Shown: positions 49,004 to 59,389, numbered from the stretch's first letter. The stretch is DNA of 64,000 bases from Candidatus Gottesmanbacteria bacterium (GCA_963701185.1 OY969569.1:318268-382267); one strand, 5' to 3'. Notes: a model not told the origin generated them from the letters alone. Numbers and translations: made by a program.

Positions 49004-50038
49004 ATGAAAGTAAAAGGGTTGATCTTGCAAGCGCTTAAGTTTGGTTTATTCCTATTGTTCTCTCCAATCATATTGCCCTTCATGTTACTCGGTAGTATTA
49101 TTCGGGATTTTAGAAAGCGTGGTAAAAAATCCCTCATAGTCAAGCTGACGTTCGTATTCTTTATCATTAGTACCATTTGGTTATTTATTTTTAGCACACC
49201 GCAAACAGATGGATCTTCAATGGAACCTGATCTTCACAATGGGGAGTATGTGATTCTTAACAAAATAGATTATAAATTCAAAACTCCTGCAAGAGGCGAC
49301 ATTATTGTATATAAAAATCCCCAAAAGGATAACTACCCAGACTATATGGGTAAAATTATTGCAATTTCTGGGGAAATACTTCAAATAAAAGAAGGTGATG
49401 TCTATTTGAACGGCGCATTACTTCATGAACCCTATGCCACCGGAGCAACAATGCCTTCTGGTGAAGAAGGGGAAATAAAAGAAGGAGAGGAATTGAAAAT
49501 CCCCACAGATATGGTTTTTGTTTTAATGAACAATCGCCAACACGCTATTGATAGTCGCTCCTTTGGCCCAGTACCAAAAGATCACATAATTGGTAAAGTC
49601 TATAAAATCCCCGGATTCTACTTTCTCTCTGGTGTATCAAAACCACCACGCACGGGGATGAGTGGTGATGATTTATTCAACGTAGGACTATACTTCCTAA
49701 ATTTGAAGAATACAACAAAAGCAGAGGAGTATTTTATCAAATCTGGAACTGAATTTAAGTATGTTCCTGCTTTCAATGAGCTTGGGTGGATATATTTTCA
49801 AAAGAAGGACTACGAAAAAGCGCGAATTTATTATAAAAACGCTTTGGATATTGAGCCGGAAAACCCGTATGCCCTACAGAGCATGGGTTACGCCTATTGG
49901 AATACTGGAGATACAAAGAAGGCAGAAGAATATCTTAAAAAAGCCTTGATTGCTTACGAAAAAGCAAATAACCCCGATTTAAAAACGAACTTTGAAGAAC
50001 TCAAGGCAATGATAAAGGAAAATGGTATAGTTCCATAA
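49004..50038 (+). CDS. Signal peptidase I-like domain fused to TPR repeats
   Basis: GSSMEP, RGDIIVY and DSRSFGPV motifs; three C-terminal TPR-like repeats; box D reads YMGKII. Confidence 0.8.
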   Translation: MKVKGLILQALKFGLFLLFSPIILPFMLLGSIIRDFRKRGKKSLIVKLTFVFFIISTIWLFIFSTPQTDGSSMEPDLHNGEYVILNKIDYKFKTPARGDIIVYKNPQKDNYPDYMGKIIAISGEILQIKEGDVYLNGALLHEPYATGATMPSGEEGEIKEGEELKIPTDMVFVLMNNRQHAIDSRSFGPVPKDHIIGKVYKIPGFYFLSGVSKPPRTGMSGDDLFNVGLYFLNLKNTTKAEEYFIKSGTEFKYVPAFNELGWIYFQKKDYEKARIYYKNALDIEPENPYALQSMGYAYWNTGDTKKAEEYLKKALIAYEKANNPDLKTNFEELKAMIKENGIVP

Positions 50039-50176
50039 ACAATATAACATTGCTTTTGATAAAGAACAGTCACTTCAAAAACATATATAGCATGGATAAT
50101 TGACCGAGTAGATGTAGCTAGAATTGGAAGAAAATGGAAGTAGTTGAAGACAATCGGATGATATCATCAACCTTGC

Positions 50177-50434
50177 ATGAAAAATATCTTAAACCGGGAA
50201 ATTACACCCAAATTTATACGTTTGTTTTCGTATAGATTCTTTAAAGAAACGGCTTTAGTTGTTATTGTATTGCTTCTTTGTGTTTTGATATGGCAAAACC
50301 AAAACTCCTATGTTGATAATGGCTACTTTGTCTTGAGGATAAACAATATAACTGGTAGTGCTTGTATAATTGACACGGGTGAGTATGCTTTTCCTTACGA
50401 TGCAAATCTCATTTTTTCAAAATGCAAGAAGTAA
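50177..50434 (+). CDS. Small membrane-anchored hypothetical protein
   Basis: One TM helix and a Cys pair. Confidence 0.55.
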   Translation: MKNILNREITPKFIRLFSYRFFKETALVVIVLLLCVLIWQNQNSYVDNGYFVLRINNITGSACIIDTGEYAFPYDANLIFSKCKK

Positions 50435-50442
50435 AAATACCT

Positions 50443-50670
50443 ATGAAAAATAGTAAAAATAATTTCGCAACTATTGGCATAGTATTGGGTGTACTATCAA
50501 TATTTTTTGCATGGATTGGGATAATACCCCTTTCTGGATTGGTGGTGAATACGATAGGAATTGTTAAATCAAGGAAATTAGAAGGAAAAGGTAAGTGGAT
50601 GGCGATAATTGGATTAGTGCTATCAGCGTTGTACACACTCGTGTATCTTAATAGATATGGTTATATCTAA
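50443..50670 (+). CDS. DUF4190-like small membrane protein
   Basis: ATIGIVLGVLSI...GKWMAIIGLVLS pattern. Confidence 0.7.
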   Translation: MKNSKNNFATIGIVLGVLSIFFAWIGIIPLSGLVVNTIGIVKSRKLEGKGKWMAIIGLVLSALYTLVYLNRYGYI

Positions 50671-51291
50671 AAAAACTTCCAGAGTAATCATCGTTTTTCA
50701 GCTTGTCGTTATTCTATTTTTATCAGGTGTATGCTTTTTCCAGTGGAAAGCAACAAAAATACTCACTGAAAAGTGTCAGTCTCCAAATAGATACGGTGTA
50801 AGTCCAATGCAGAAACAGTCTACTGAAAGTGGTGATTTGACAGAAATAAATCCCCCTACTGCCATAGACCTTGATCCAAAACAACTTGAACAATACTACC
50901 AAGTTTATAAAAATAATTTCGTTTTGTATCTGCGCAAGGCGCTTGATGCATACCTTGCAAACGATAGCTCTGGAGTGAATATCTCCATGGCAGCAGTTCA
51001 GGAAGATCGTAGAGACGGTATCATTACAGGTTTAGATGCGTTTGACAAGAACTACTACAAAAGTAAATTCATCGTTTTAACGATTAATGACAGTATAGCC
51101 GGTGGCAAAGATATTCAGATAATCTTTCAGGATAAACCAGACAGAATTTTTTACGTTTGGGTATATCAGCTCGCTGATGAAAGTTATGAATTACGAGCAT
51201 TTAATTCAAAAGAGTACTTTGAAGAGAGAAGATGAAGATGATATTTGAGGCGTATAAAAACTTTATCAATGATAAGGAACACGCACTCTAA
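50657..51291 (+). CDS. Membrane-anchored hypothetical protein, probably frameshifted near the C-terminus
   Basis: The ORF stops at 51235, but a shifted frame continues MKMIFEAYKNFINDKEHAL* to 51291. Confidence 0.55.
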
Positions 51292-51520
51292 ACATCATTC
51301 AAATTTTAAGATATAGGCTACGGGCACTTCAACGTTGATAAACGTGATTGTGCGATTATATTATTACTTACATACTCATGATCGTATCTTCTATATGTCA
51401 CATAGATATATAGGACAACATACATACGTCTGATTGATTTGGTGTGTATAATCAAGTATTAGATAAAGAAACAGTATGTTTTTCTTAATCATGAAATAGG
51501 ATAAACGAAGGAGAAGAAGT

Positions 51521-52212
51521 ATGAATATACCAGTTCGTGTTATTGCTCAAGGACGTGAACCAGTCAGGGATAAGTACATTGGACTTCTTTTTGAGAATTT
51601 AAAAAAAGATGTTAAATTTGAGGCACTTATACGATCTGCACAGAAAACACTCGGGCTTGATGTATTACCCCATACCTCAAATGGTACTGAATATAAGAAA
51701 CACACAGCATTACTACGATCAAATGGTTTGCAGAGAAACACAAAGGGCAAACTTGGTTTTACGGGTTTTATTAAAATTCCCTTACTGGATGATGAAGTAG
51801 ACAAGATTCTACAAAAGTATCCGTTTATGAACGATTGGAGAGAGGGGTTAAAAGAGTTTGTGCTTGGCGGAAACTTATTATTCACGATGATAGTTCAAAC
51901 ATCAGGCTTCGCGTGAGAAATAGCAAATATAATACGGGGTACGACACAGACAAGATTAGTCAAAATTGCGTTATGATTCAGATTTCCGGCAAGATCTCAT
52001 GGAACGAACTTGAAGCGTGGATAACCCAACATAAAAATCAGATAGCGTGGCATACCCAAAGATTGCCGAATTATTCACTACGAAGTTCAAGGAGAGCGAA
52101 CTACGAGCGGGACAGATTGGTTGTATATCTTTACTCTGATAAGTGGCAGTGGAAAAAGAGCTTTCCAAACATAGCTGATGAACTCAAGGATGGTTCGGAC
52201 AAAAACTCTTGA
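51521..52212 (+). pseudogene. Frameshifted hypothetical gene
   Basis: Two overlapping ORFs (51521-51916 and 51835-52212) read as one interrupted gene. Confidence 0.5.
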
Positions 52213-52326
52213 ACAAGCATATAGAGACTTACACTGAAAATAGCCTACTAAAATTCCACAATTAAGGTAGTGGAGTACCGCTAATTACTGATACAGAATA
52301 GGGTCATATGCAGAAGGAGAAGCGTT

Positions 52327-52521
52327 ATGACCACTGAAACAACCTCACGATTCAAACCTCAATTTATCCCCTATAGGTGTACAAAGTGCAATGGCCACGG
52401 TTAAGTCAATTATGGCAGTCTTATATGCGAAGCCTGTGAAGGGACAGGAGTTTATAAAGTTCAGATTGCAGAAGCGGATGAAAAAGAAGAAGTAAAGGAG
52501 GATCATGGAATCACTTCGTAA
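52327..52521 (+). pseudogene. Small CxxCxGxG zinc-finger gene with an internal stop
   Basis: CTKCNGHG*VNYGSLICEACEGTG; TAA at 52402. Confidence 0.7.
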
Positions 52522-52723
52522 AATCAATAAGCCTCTTACCTCGTTTGAGCTTATCACGATCCGCGGTGATCTTATCAAGGCAATAGATGAGTGTACTTAC
52601 TGGTTTGTGGAGTAACGGTGGGAGCGAGATAGAGATAAACGCCATATTTACAACGCAATTTGGGAAACGAAGAATAGGAAATATAAACAAGTCTTAGAGG
52701 AAGCCTATGCAAAACTTCATTGA
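52505..52723 (+). pseudogene. Small hypothetical gene with an internal stop
   Basis: GGAGG RBS, TAA at 52613; the frame continues and overlaps the next ATG at 52707. Confidence 0.5.
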
Positions 52724-54076
52724 ACAGACACCAGAAGAAAAACTTATAGCGGAAGGACTAAGGGAAGTAGCAGAAACACTAAACAAGAATAATAGTGGGA
52801 CAGAAACTAAAGCGGGTGTATACACTTCGTTGAGATAGCAGAATAGGTAGAAAAATACCTACCAAATATGACAACAGCGCTTAAACTCGTTCTTGCAGTG
52901 GCTAAGTCAGGCAAACGAAAAAATAGGGTCATGTTATGGCTTTTGTTGGTAGGCGCTCACTCAAGCGGAAAAACAGATCTCGTACGGTTAATGAAGGACA
53001 ATTAGTCAGTATTAAGCTTTGATAATCTTACACTCAATTCTTTCATATCCGGTGAACGCACAACGGAAAAAGAAAAAGTACATGATTTGCTTCAGTTACT
53101 CAATAACAAGTGTCTGATAGTGAAGGATTGGACGGTTATATTTTCTCTTGATGAACGGATGACGAAAAAAATAATAGGCGATATGGTGGGGGCGTATGAC
53201 AAGTAGTTATCAAAGTTTTCCTCTCGCCGGGGCAATATCACCTATGATGCAGAGTTCTCTCACCTGGGGTGTATTACTCAGGCAACACTCAATAGACATC
53301 AAAATTATTTAAATATGATTGGGCCGCGTTTCTTATCTTATAGCATAGGAGAAATAACGTTAGATCAGGAAGAAAAGAGCTTCAAAGCAATATTTTCTAA
53401 TGAAGACAGAAGTGAAATAGAAAAATCAGTTGCCAAAAAAGTGAACGCCTATCTATCACAACTCAACAATGAGGATATATCGGCTGTAGGTGAATTATCA
53501 GAAGATGCGAAAAAATACCTACAGGTAGCTTCACGGATTATGGCTCGGGCAAGGGGAATTGTTATCATAAAATAGTACAAGTTTATCAACGATCTGAAAG
53601 AAGAAATATCCTACTACGAGCCACTTGATATACAGATAGAACAAACATGGCGAAGCGTACAACAGTTAATACTTCTGTCAAAATACCTTGCTTTTGTAAC
53701 AGGAAAATTACAAGTAGATCACGAAGAGCTATCAATTATCAGAGAAGTAGTTTTATCCTCTATGCGCGCAGACAGAGCGCAGGCGATCAAGGCTCTCGCC
53801 AGTCGGTCAGATGGAAGTATTACGGCAAAAGAATTATCGGATCAGATGGACAAATAGTCAAAAACTTACAGGCGGCTACTTGAAGAGCTTGTTTTTCTCA
53901 AATTGATAAAAAAGATTACCGGATCAGGTCAAATGGCAGCAACTTATACAGTTATTGATGAGTTTAGAAGTTTAGTTACAGTCAGCAAGCGGGAGTTTTT
54001 GTACTCCTATAGTCAACAGGGTAACGACGATAAAACAAGTGTATCTGGTATTGGATCAGAATAGGAGGCCGTATGA
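52707..54076 (+). pseudogene. P-loop (AAA+/MCM-like) ATPase/helicase pseudogene with C-terminal wHTH
   Basis: Walker A GAHSSGKT at 52952, LIVKD Walker B, GPRF. In-frame TAG at 53003, 53204, 53573, 53855 and 54062; probable frameshift near 52830. Confidence 0.75.
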
Positions 54077-54423
54077 CACAATACCAGGATCTTGAATGGG
54101 TAGTAACTCGGTGTGAACACGAGTTTGCTAACAACAAAAACAGAAGGATCTCGGCACTGTTTAGAGATATACGAAGAAACAAAAACTATTCGCTCCTCGG
54201 AGATTATTTTCTTTTTTGGGCAATCGCACAAGCATTGAAAAACAAGAACATAAAACGTTCACGAGCAAATTTTTCATATGCACTCATGCAATCTGATGAA
54301 TACAAGGCCTTACAAAAGCGGGACAAGGTGGCATGGATAAGCACCTTTATGGAGATGGCTTCTGGCGAGATGAAAAATATATACCATGCCTCTAAAAGGG
54401 GCGAAAGGCCTGAAAAGGTATGA
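54073..54423 (+). CDS. Hypothetical protein
   Basis: GGAGG RBS; ATGA overlap with the upstream frame. Confidence 0.6.
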   Translation: MTQYQDLEWVVTRCEHEFANNKNRRISALFRDIRRNKNYSLLGDYFLFWAIAQALKNKNIKRSRANFSYALMQSDEYKALQKRDKVAWISTFMEMASGEMKNIYHASKRGERPEKV

Positions 54424-54433
54424 AGGGCTACCT

Positions 54434-54598
54434 ATGACAGTTACTGAACTACGGAAAAAACATCCACAGGAAACGGAACACTGGCAAGATGAACAGTGCC
54501 AGCAGTATTGTCGGTCTTTAGAGGTGCTATCCAACGTGTTTATTGATTATGTAGAGAAGCAATTACAAAAGAAGACAGTTGACACGTATGCAAACTAA
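54434..54598 (+). CDS. Small hypothetical protein upstream of the recombinase
   Basis: 54 aa ORF overlapping the recombinase start. Confidence 0.5.
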   Translation: MTVTELRKKHPQETEHWQDEQCQQYCRSLEVLSNVFIDYVEKQLQKKTVDTYAN

Positions 54599-56127
54599 TG
54601 CCAATAATGAAGTCATGGAGAAGAAAGCAGTTGCATATGTCCGTATAAGCACGGAAGAACAATCTACGTTTTCTATTGCTCAACAGACAGAAGCGGTGAA
54701 ACGCATGGCAAAGATGCAGGGATATACGCTTCCTGATTCAGCTATCTTCATTGATGAGGGGTTTTCCGCAAAAACGACAAACAGGCCAGCTCTCATCAAG
54801 ATGCTTTCATTCTGTTCCCAAAAGAAAAATGGCATTACCGCTCTTATAGCGTACAAAATTGACCGGATGAGCAGGGATACGGCTGATTACCTCGGTATCA
54901 TGAAGGCGCTTGCTTCGCACGGAGTGAGGTTTATTTCCTGTACCGAATCAATTGAAGATTCTCCTTCCGGTGAATTCCTTTCAACAATTCTTGCAGCCGC
55001 CGCCAGATATGACAATGCAGCGAAGGCTGAAAGGGTATCGGCAAGCATAATCCAAAGGATCAAATCCGGACTGCCTCATGGAAAGGCAAAAATCGGATAT
55101 CTAAACCAAACACTGTCAGACAGAAGACGAATCATTGTCAAAGACCTGAACGCTTTGAACGCATACAGGAAGCCTGGAAGCTCATGGAAACAGGGGCATA
55201 TACACTTGAGAGCATCGCGAAATTTTTGAATAGCTGGAAAATCACAACAAAAAAAGGAACGCATTTATTCAAACTCACTGAACAACAGGTGCAGCGTATC
55301 TTTGCCGAATAAGACATATTGCGGGTATGCGATAAGCAAAAAACATGGACTTGAAATAAAAAGCGACCAAGTGCCACAGATGATAAGTGAAGATACTTTT
55401 TTTAAAGTCAAATTGATTCTTGCCGGAAGAAGAACAACAACAGGACTGTATCAACGCTTACGGCCGGAGTTTCCTTTGCGTGGCTTTGTACGGTGTCCAA
55501 AATGCAACAGCCCTCTCCATGCTGGATTCAGCAAAGGTAAAGCCAAATATTATGGATACTATTTCTGTAAAACACCTGGTCACGTCACAATACCAGACGA
55601 GACTATTGATGAAACGTTTGTGGATTTGCTCAAAGTTCTTACCCCCTCGCCCATGTTCCGGCGGGATTTCCTGGATGAAGTAAAACGAAAATGGAACGAC
55701 AAGTACATGATGTTTGTGAAACAGCACGAGAATGTACAGGAGAAAATTGACATACTGAAAGCGTTCAAACATAAGATAGCAGAAAAGAATTTGTCCGGTA
55801 CCTATACCGACGAATTTACCAAAGAACAACTGGAGAAGGTAGATATGGAGATACTGGCTATAAAGACCAGTACAGAGTGAATCCAAGCTCGCCCGCCTTG
55901 ATATAGAGGTCGTGGTGGCATTCATGAATAGCTTCCTAGAGGACATATCAAAAGCCTTTATTGAAGCAAAATCGTTGGAACAAAAGAGGGAGTTGGTGTG
56001 TTCAATTTTCCCTAACGGGCTTGTTTTTCAACAATCAAAACTTGAACACCTTGGATTGGTTGACTGGATGCTCTATACCCAAAAAGTACAGCCTCAAATT
56101 TCAATGAGTGCAGACGACAGGAGTTGA
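54588..56127 (+). pseudogene. Large serine recombinase with three frameshifts
   Basis: YVRISTEEQ (catalytic Ser), DEGFSAKTTNRP, KIDRMSR, LRGFVRCPKC Zn ribbon. Frameshifts near 55146, 55305 and 55870. Confidence 0.88.
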
Positions 56128-56190
56128 ACCTGCACCCCTCACGGGATACGCACCTCAAGCGTACGCGTATGCCAATTCCGCCACGTCTGC
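56109..56190 (-). tRNA. tRNA-Leu(GAG)
   Basis: GCAGACG/CGTCTGC acceptor stem; TACGC-TTGAGGT-GCGTA anticodon arm; long variable arm. Confidence 0.93.
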
Positions 56191-56256
56191 GTAAGAATGT
56201 ATTGTAGCATATTTGCACCTTACCCCTGATTCCTCTATAATCTATAGCCTATAGCT

Positions 56257-56622
56257 ATGAGTAGGGAGCATCCTGTCGCGCTAAATCCGATTACTATTGA
56301 TACTGACTCACACCGGTCAACGAAGGCGGGGTTTTGCACGGAAAGCGGATTGATGTCCAATCTGATTCTTGAAGAAGGCATTGATACAGACGATACATAT
56401 ACGTTCATATATCCCATGAAGCTCAACTATCCTGCCAGCATAATCGTAAAAGCTCAGGGAGTGTTTGAATTACGAAACGCGCAACCATGGCTCGAAAATG
56501 CAACTGTCTGGTACCAAGACAAGCCGCCACGATCAGGAGGTTCATTTTTTGTAACAATTATGGAGGGAGTCAAAGTGACAGCGCCGGACGGAACGGTAAC
56601 AATTGTTCAAATTCTGGACTGA
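56257..56622 (+). CDS. Hypothetical protein
   Basis: 121 aa ORF filling the gap between the tRNA and the deacetylase gene. Confidence 0.5.
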   Translation: MSREHPVALNPITIDTDSHRSTKAGFCTESGLMSNLILEEGIDTDDTYTFIYPMKLNYPASIIVKAQGVFELRNAQPWLENATVWYQDKPPRSGGSFFVTIMEGVKVTAPDGTVTIVQILD

Positions 56623-56632
56623 TCATCGGATA

Positions 56633-57607
56633 TCACCGGTACGCCGATCCCACAAATGTTATCTGTTCGTCCTTCACGGTTTCCAACCAGGAAAGCAAGC
56701 TGGCACCCGTTCTGCCTCCCGGCCGGAGACGGTAGAGGAAATATCTGTGTGTCTGGTACTGATCCGCGCCGGGAATGGTGGAAACCGCGCTGGTAAATCC
56801 TGCGGCCGCAATTGCCTGAATTGCCGGCACATCAAACGCACCATACGGATACGCAAACGACACAACCGGTTTGCCGATCAGGGCTTCTAGTGTTTTTTTA
56901 CTTTGATCAACCTGATACACAAGCTCCTTTTGCGATCTTCCTTTGAGCCATGCATGATTGACCGTATGCGCCCCGATTTCCACCAAACCTTCATCAGCAA
57001 TTTGACTCACTTGCCAGGCAAACATATTGTTGGGATAATCCAAAAACCCGGAAATAATATATGCTGTCGCTTTGGCATGATACTTTTTAAGAATCGGGTA
57101 CACGTCCGTGTAGAAATCCCGGTAGCCGTCATCAAACGTCAGGACAATCGGTTTGGCAGGCAACGGGATTTTCCCGTTTAATGCCTCGGCAAGCTCTGCA
57201 TTCGTCATAAACGTGTACCCGGCATCCGCAAGCGTTTTTACTTCCTCCTCAAACGTATACGGGGAGAGACTCAGCGACTGCCGGATCGTATCCCCTTTGT
57301 CCTTGACGTATTCTACATAGTGATACATAAGAATCGGCACGCGGATCATTTTCGGGAGAGTCTTAATCACAAAGGTATCTTTTGAATTTGCGCCCAAAAC
57401 GCCGCCTTCACTCATCCATTGGCGGACATCAGCAGGCACAGTATTTTGCTGTACTTCAATGCGCTCATCACCCAATAATTTCCGATACGCTATGTTCTGT
57501 TTATGGCCGGCGCCTATAGAGACAAATCCCAAAAATACCATGACAACGCCGGCTACTAGTGCCGTTTGCCAAGAAGTACTAAAAGAAATCCATTTTCGTC
57601 TCGCCAT
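56633..57607 (-). CDS. Polysaccharide deacetylase (CE4)
   Basis: PILMYH, LTFDDGY, GAHTVNH and FAYPYG motifs; N-terminal anchor. Confidence 0.92.
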   Translation of the reverse strand: MARRKWISFSTSWQTALVAGVVMVFLGFVSIGAGHKQNIAYRKLLGDERIEVQQNTVPADVRQWMSEGGVLGANSKDTFVIKTLPKMIRVPILMYHYVEYVKDKGDTIRQSLSLSPYTFEEEVKTLADAGYTFMTNAELAEALNGKIPLPAKPIVLTFDDGYRDFYTDVYPILKKYHAKATAYIISGFLDYPNNMFAWQVSQIADEGLVEIGAHTVNHAWLKGRSQKELVYQVDQSKKTLEALIGKPVVSFAYPYGAFDVPAIQAIAAAGFTSAVSTIPGADQYQTHRYFLYRLRPGGRTGASLLSWLETVKDEQITFVGSAYR

Positions 57608-57610
57608 GTG

Positions 57611-57692
57611 TGCCCAGAGGGAGACTCGAACTCCCAAGGGTTTCCCCATACGCTCCTGAAGCGTACGCGTCTACCAATTTCGCCATCCGGGC
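57611..57692 (-). tRNA. tRNA-Leu(CAG)
   Basis: GCCCGGA/TCTGGGC acceptor stem; TACGC-TTCAGGA-GCGTA anticodon arm. Confidence 0.93.
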
Positions 57693-57734
57693 ATAAGGAA
57701 ATTATACCAGATATGCTGTACAATAGGGACAAAT

Positions 57735-57820
57735 GCCGAGGTGGTGGAATGGTAGACACTCGGGCCTTAAGAGCCCGTGAAGCTAATTACTTCGTGCGAG
57801 TCCGAGTCTCGCCCTCGGCA
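57735..57820 (+). tRNA. tRNA-Leu(UAA)
   Basis: GCCGAGG/CCTCGGC acceptor stem; CGGGC-CTTAAGA-GCCCG anticodon arm; T-loop reads TCCGAGT. Confidence 0.9.
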
Positions 57821-57821
57821 C

Positions 57822-57895
57822 CGGGGTGTGGCGCAATTGGCTAGCGCGCATCGTTTGGGACGATGAGGTTGTGAGTTCAAGTCTCACCACCCCGA
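57822..57895 (+). tRNA. tRNA-Pro(UGG)
   Basis: CGGGGTG/CACCCCG acceptor stem; CATCG-TTTGGGA-CGATG anticodon arm. Confidence 0.93.
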
Positions 57896-57903
57896 CAAAA
57901 AGT

Positions 57904-58710
57904 ATGTTTCAGGACTACAAAAAACTCATTGATGCGTACCTGCTGAAATTTCTGTCGGAAAAAACGCCGGCGCTTGCGGACGTTAATTCGCTGGGAAGCG
58001 ATCTTATCGACCGGATAAAACCAATCGTCACGGCCGGAAAAACCATCCGCGGATCACTGGCCCTCCTCTCCTACTGTTTTACCAATGAAAAACCATCGGA
58101 AGATGCGGTAAAGCTCGCCGCCGCCATGGAACTTATGCAAACCGCCCTCGTCATCCATGATGACATCATGGATAAAGATAACGAGCGCCGCGGGATTGCG
58201 TCACTGCATATGCAATACCATAGTGAGGCGCTTGCAATGTGCGCGGGCGATATTCTCTTTTTCATGGCATTTGAACTGATCGGATCGATCAAAACCGATG
58301 CAACAACCCTGGGCAGGATCGTCCGTCTCATCGGGCGCGAATATCAATCCGCCGGCGTGGCTCAAATGGCGGATGTAGCAAAAACTGCAAAAACAAAATG
58401 GGAAATATTCAATCTTTACACATATAAAACCGCCCGATACACATTCGCGGTTCCGCTCATGCTAGGCGCAACACTGGCAGGAACAACAAAAGACATGCTG
58501 AAATATTTGGAATCATACGGTGTTGCAACCGGAATACTGTTCCAAATTCAGGACGACAAACTTGATCATGAACTGAATCCATTTACCGATCACGACATCG
58601 CGGGATATGCAAAAGCGGCGGAGGAATCGCTTAAGCGGTTACCCATCCAAAACAACCAGAAACCAATTCTTCTGGATCTGCTAGAATTCGTTCAGCATCG
58701 GAAAAAATGA
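57904..58710 (+). CDS. Polyprenyl diphosphate synthase
   Basis: GKTIR, HDDIMD..RRG, GD, YKTARY and FQIQDDKLD motifs. Confidence 0.9.
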   Translation: MFQDYKKLIDAYLLKFLSEKTPALADVNSLGSDLIDRIKPIVTAGKTIRGSLALLSYCFTNEKPSEDAVKLAAAMELMQTALVIHDDIMDKDNERRGIASLHMQYHSEALAMCAGDILFFMAFELIGSIKTDATTLGRIVRLIGREYQSAGVAQMADVAKTAKTKWEIFNLYTYKTARYTFAVPLMLGATLAGTTKDMLKYLESYGVATGILFQIQDDKLDHELNPFTDHDIAGYAKAAEESLKRLPIQNNQKPILLDLLEFVQHRKK

Positions 58711-59129
58711 AAAAAATATTTATTATTTTCGCAGGTATTCTCCTACTATTTACTCTGTACTATTATTTCCGCCACCCGATAGGGAAAAGGGCGATGATAA
58801 ACGGACACACGATCAGGTTGCTCCTTGCGGTGACGGAATCGGAGAAAGAAAAAGGCTTGGGATACAGGGATTCGCTCGCCGAGGGCACCGGAATGCTTTT
58901 TATCTACGCCCGTCCGGAAAGGTACGGGTTCTGGATGAAAGGCATGCGGTTCCCGCTGGATTTTATCTGGATCAACGGCAATACCGTCGCGGATCTGACA
59001 GAAAACGTTCAAACCAGCGCTCCTGCATTTGCGCCGCGCGTTCCTGTCGATAAGGTGCTTGAGGTCAATGCCGGTGTCGTTGAATCCTTAGGTGTCCGCG
59101 TAGGCGACCCTGTCCGTTTTACCGACTAA
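58707..59129 (+). CDS. DUF192 family protein
   Basis: GLGYR..GMLF..FWMKGMRFPLDFIWI..VLEVNAG pattern. Confidence 0.9.
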   Translation: MKKIFIIFAGILLLFTLYYYFRHPIGKRAMINGHTIRLLLAVTESEKEKGLGYRDSLAEGTGMLFIYARPERYGFWMKGMRFPLDFIWINGNTVADLTENVQTSAPAFAPRVPVDKVLEVNAGVVESLGVRVGDPVRFTD

Positions 59130-59131
59130 TG

Positions 59132-59203
59132 CGCCCTTGGAGGGAATTGAACCTTCATCTAACCCTTAGAAGGGGCTTGCTCTATCCGTTGAGCTACAAG
59201 GGC
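59132..59203 (-). tRNA. tRNA-Arg(UCU)
   Basis: GCCCTTG/CAAGGGC acceptor stem; AGCCC-CTTCTAA-GGGTT anticodon arm. Confidence 0.92.
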
Positions 59204-59387
59204 TTAACATTACTGATCAGCCATTTAATATATTTTTTACTCTTATACGATTTTAATTTCCTTTCTCTTTCTCTCGCTTGTTTTTCCGTACTATATACTT
59301 CTTTATAAACAAGCGCTCTAAATTATTCGTAGATCCTATATAAAATCTGTCATTTTGTTCATTATGCAATATATAAAGGAAAAACAT
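59194..59387 (-). pseudogene. Small GIY-YIG nuclease (UPF0213-like) with internal deletion and frameshift
   Basis: MFFLYIL..FYIGSTNNLER, then in a shifted frame LVYKEVYSTEKQARERERKLKSYKSKKYI. The middle HN..YT..P segment is absent and the stop lies inside tRNA-Arg. Confidence 0.85.
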
Positions 59388-59389
59388 AA

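Larger units (their letters stand above)
47571..56113. mobile_element. Decayed integrative element (large serine recombinase) inserted at the 3' end of tRNA-Leu(GAG)
   Basis: Visibly more AT-rich than the flanks. The recombinase frame ends inside the tRNA. Boundary similarity: TCAATGATGTGCAG (47563-76) versus TCAATGA-GTGCAG (56101-13). Confidence 0.75.

Noticed and set aside
52868-54076. TAG stop-codon recoding in the island, since all five ATPase interruptions are TAG
   Set aside because: Neighbouring island genes are broken by TAA and by frameshifts, proline codons are depleted, and no suppressor tRNA is in the window. Mutational decay explains the pattern better.
52327-54076. Diversity-generating retroelement as the source of the mutations
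   Set aside because: No reverse transcriptase or template/variable repeat pair is visible, and DGRs mutate adenines rather than C or G.
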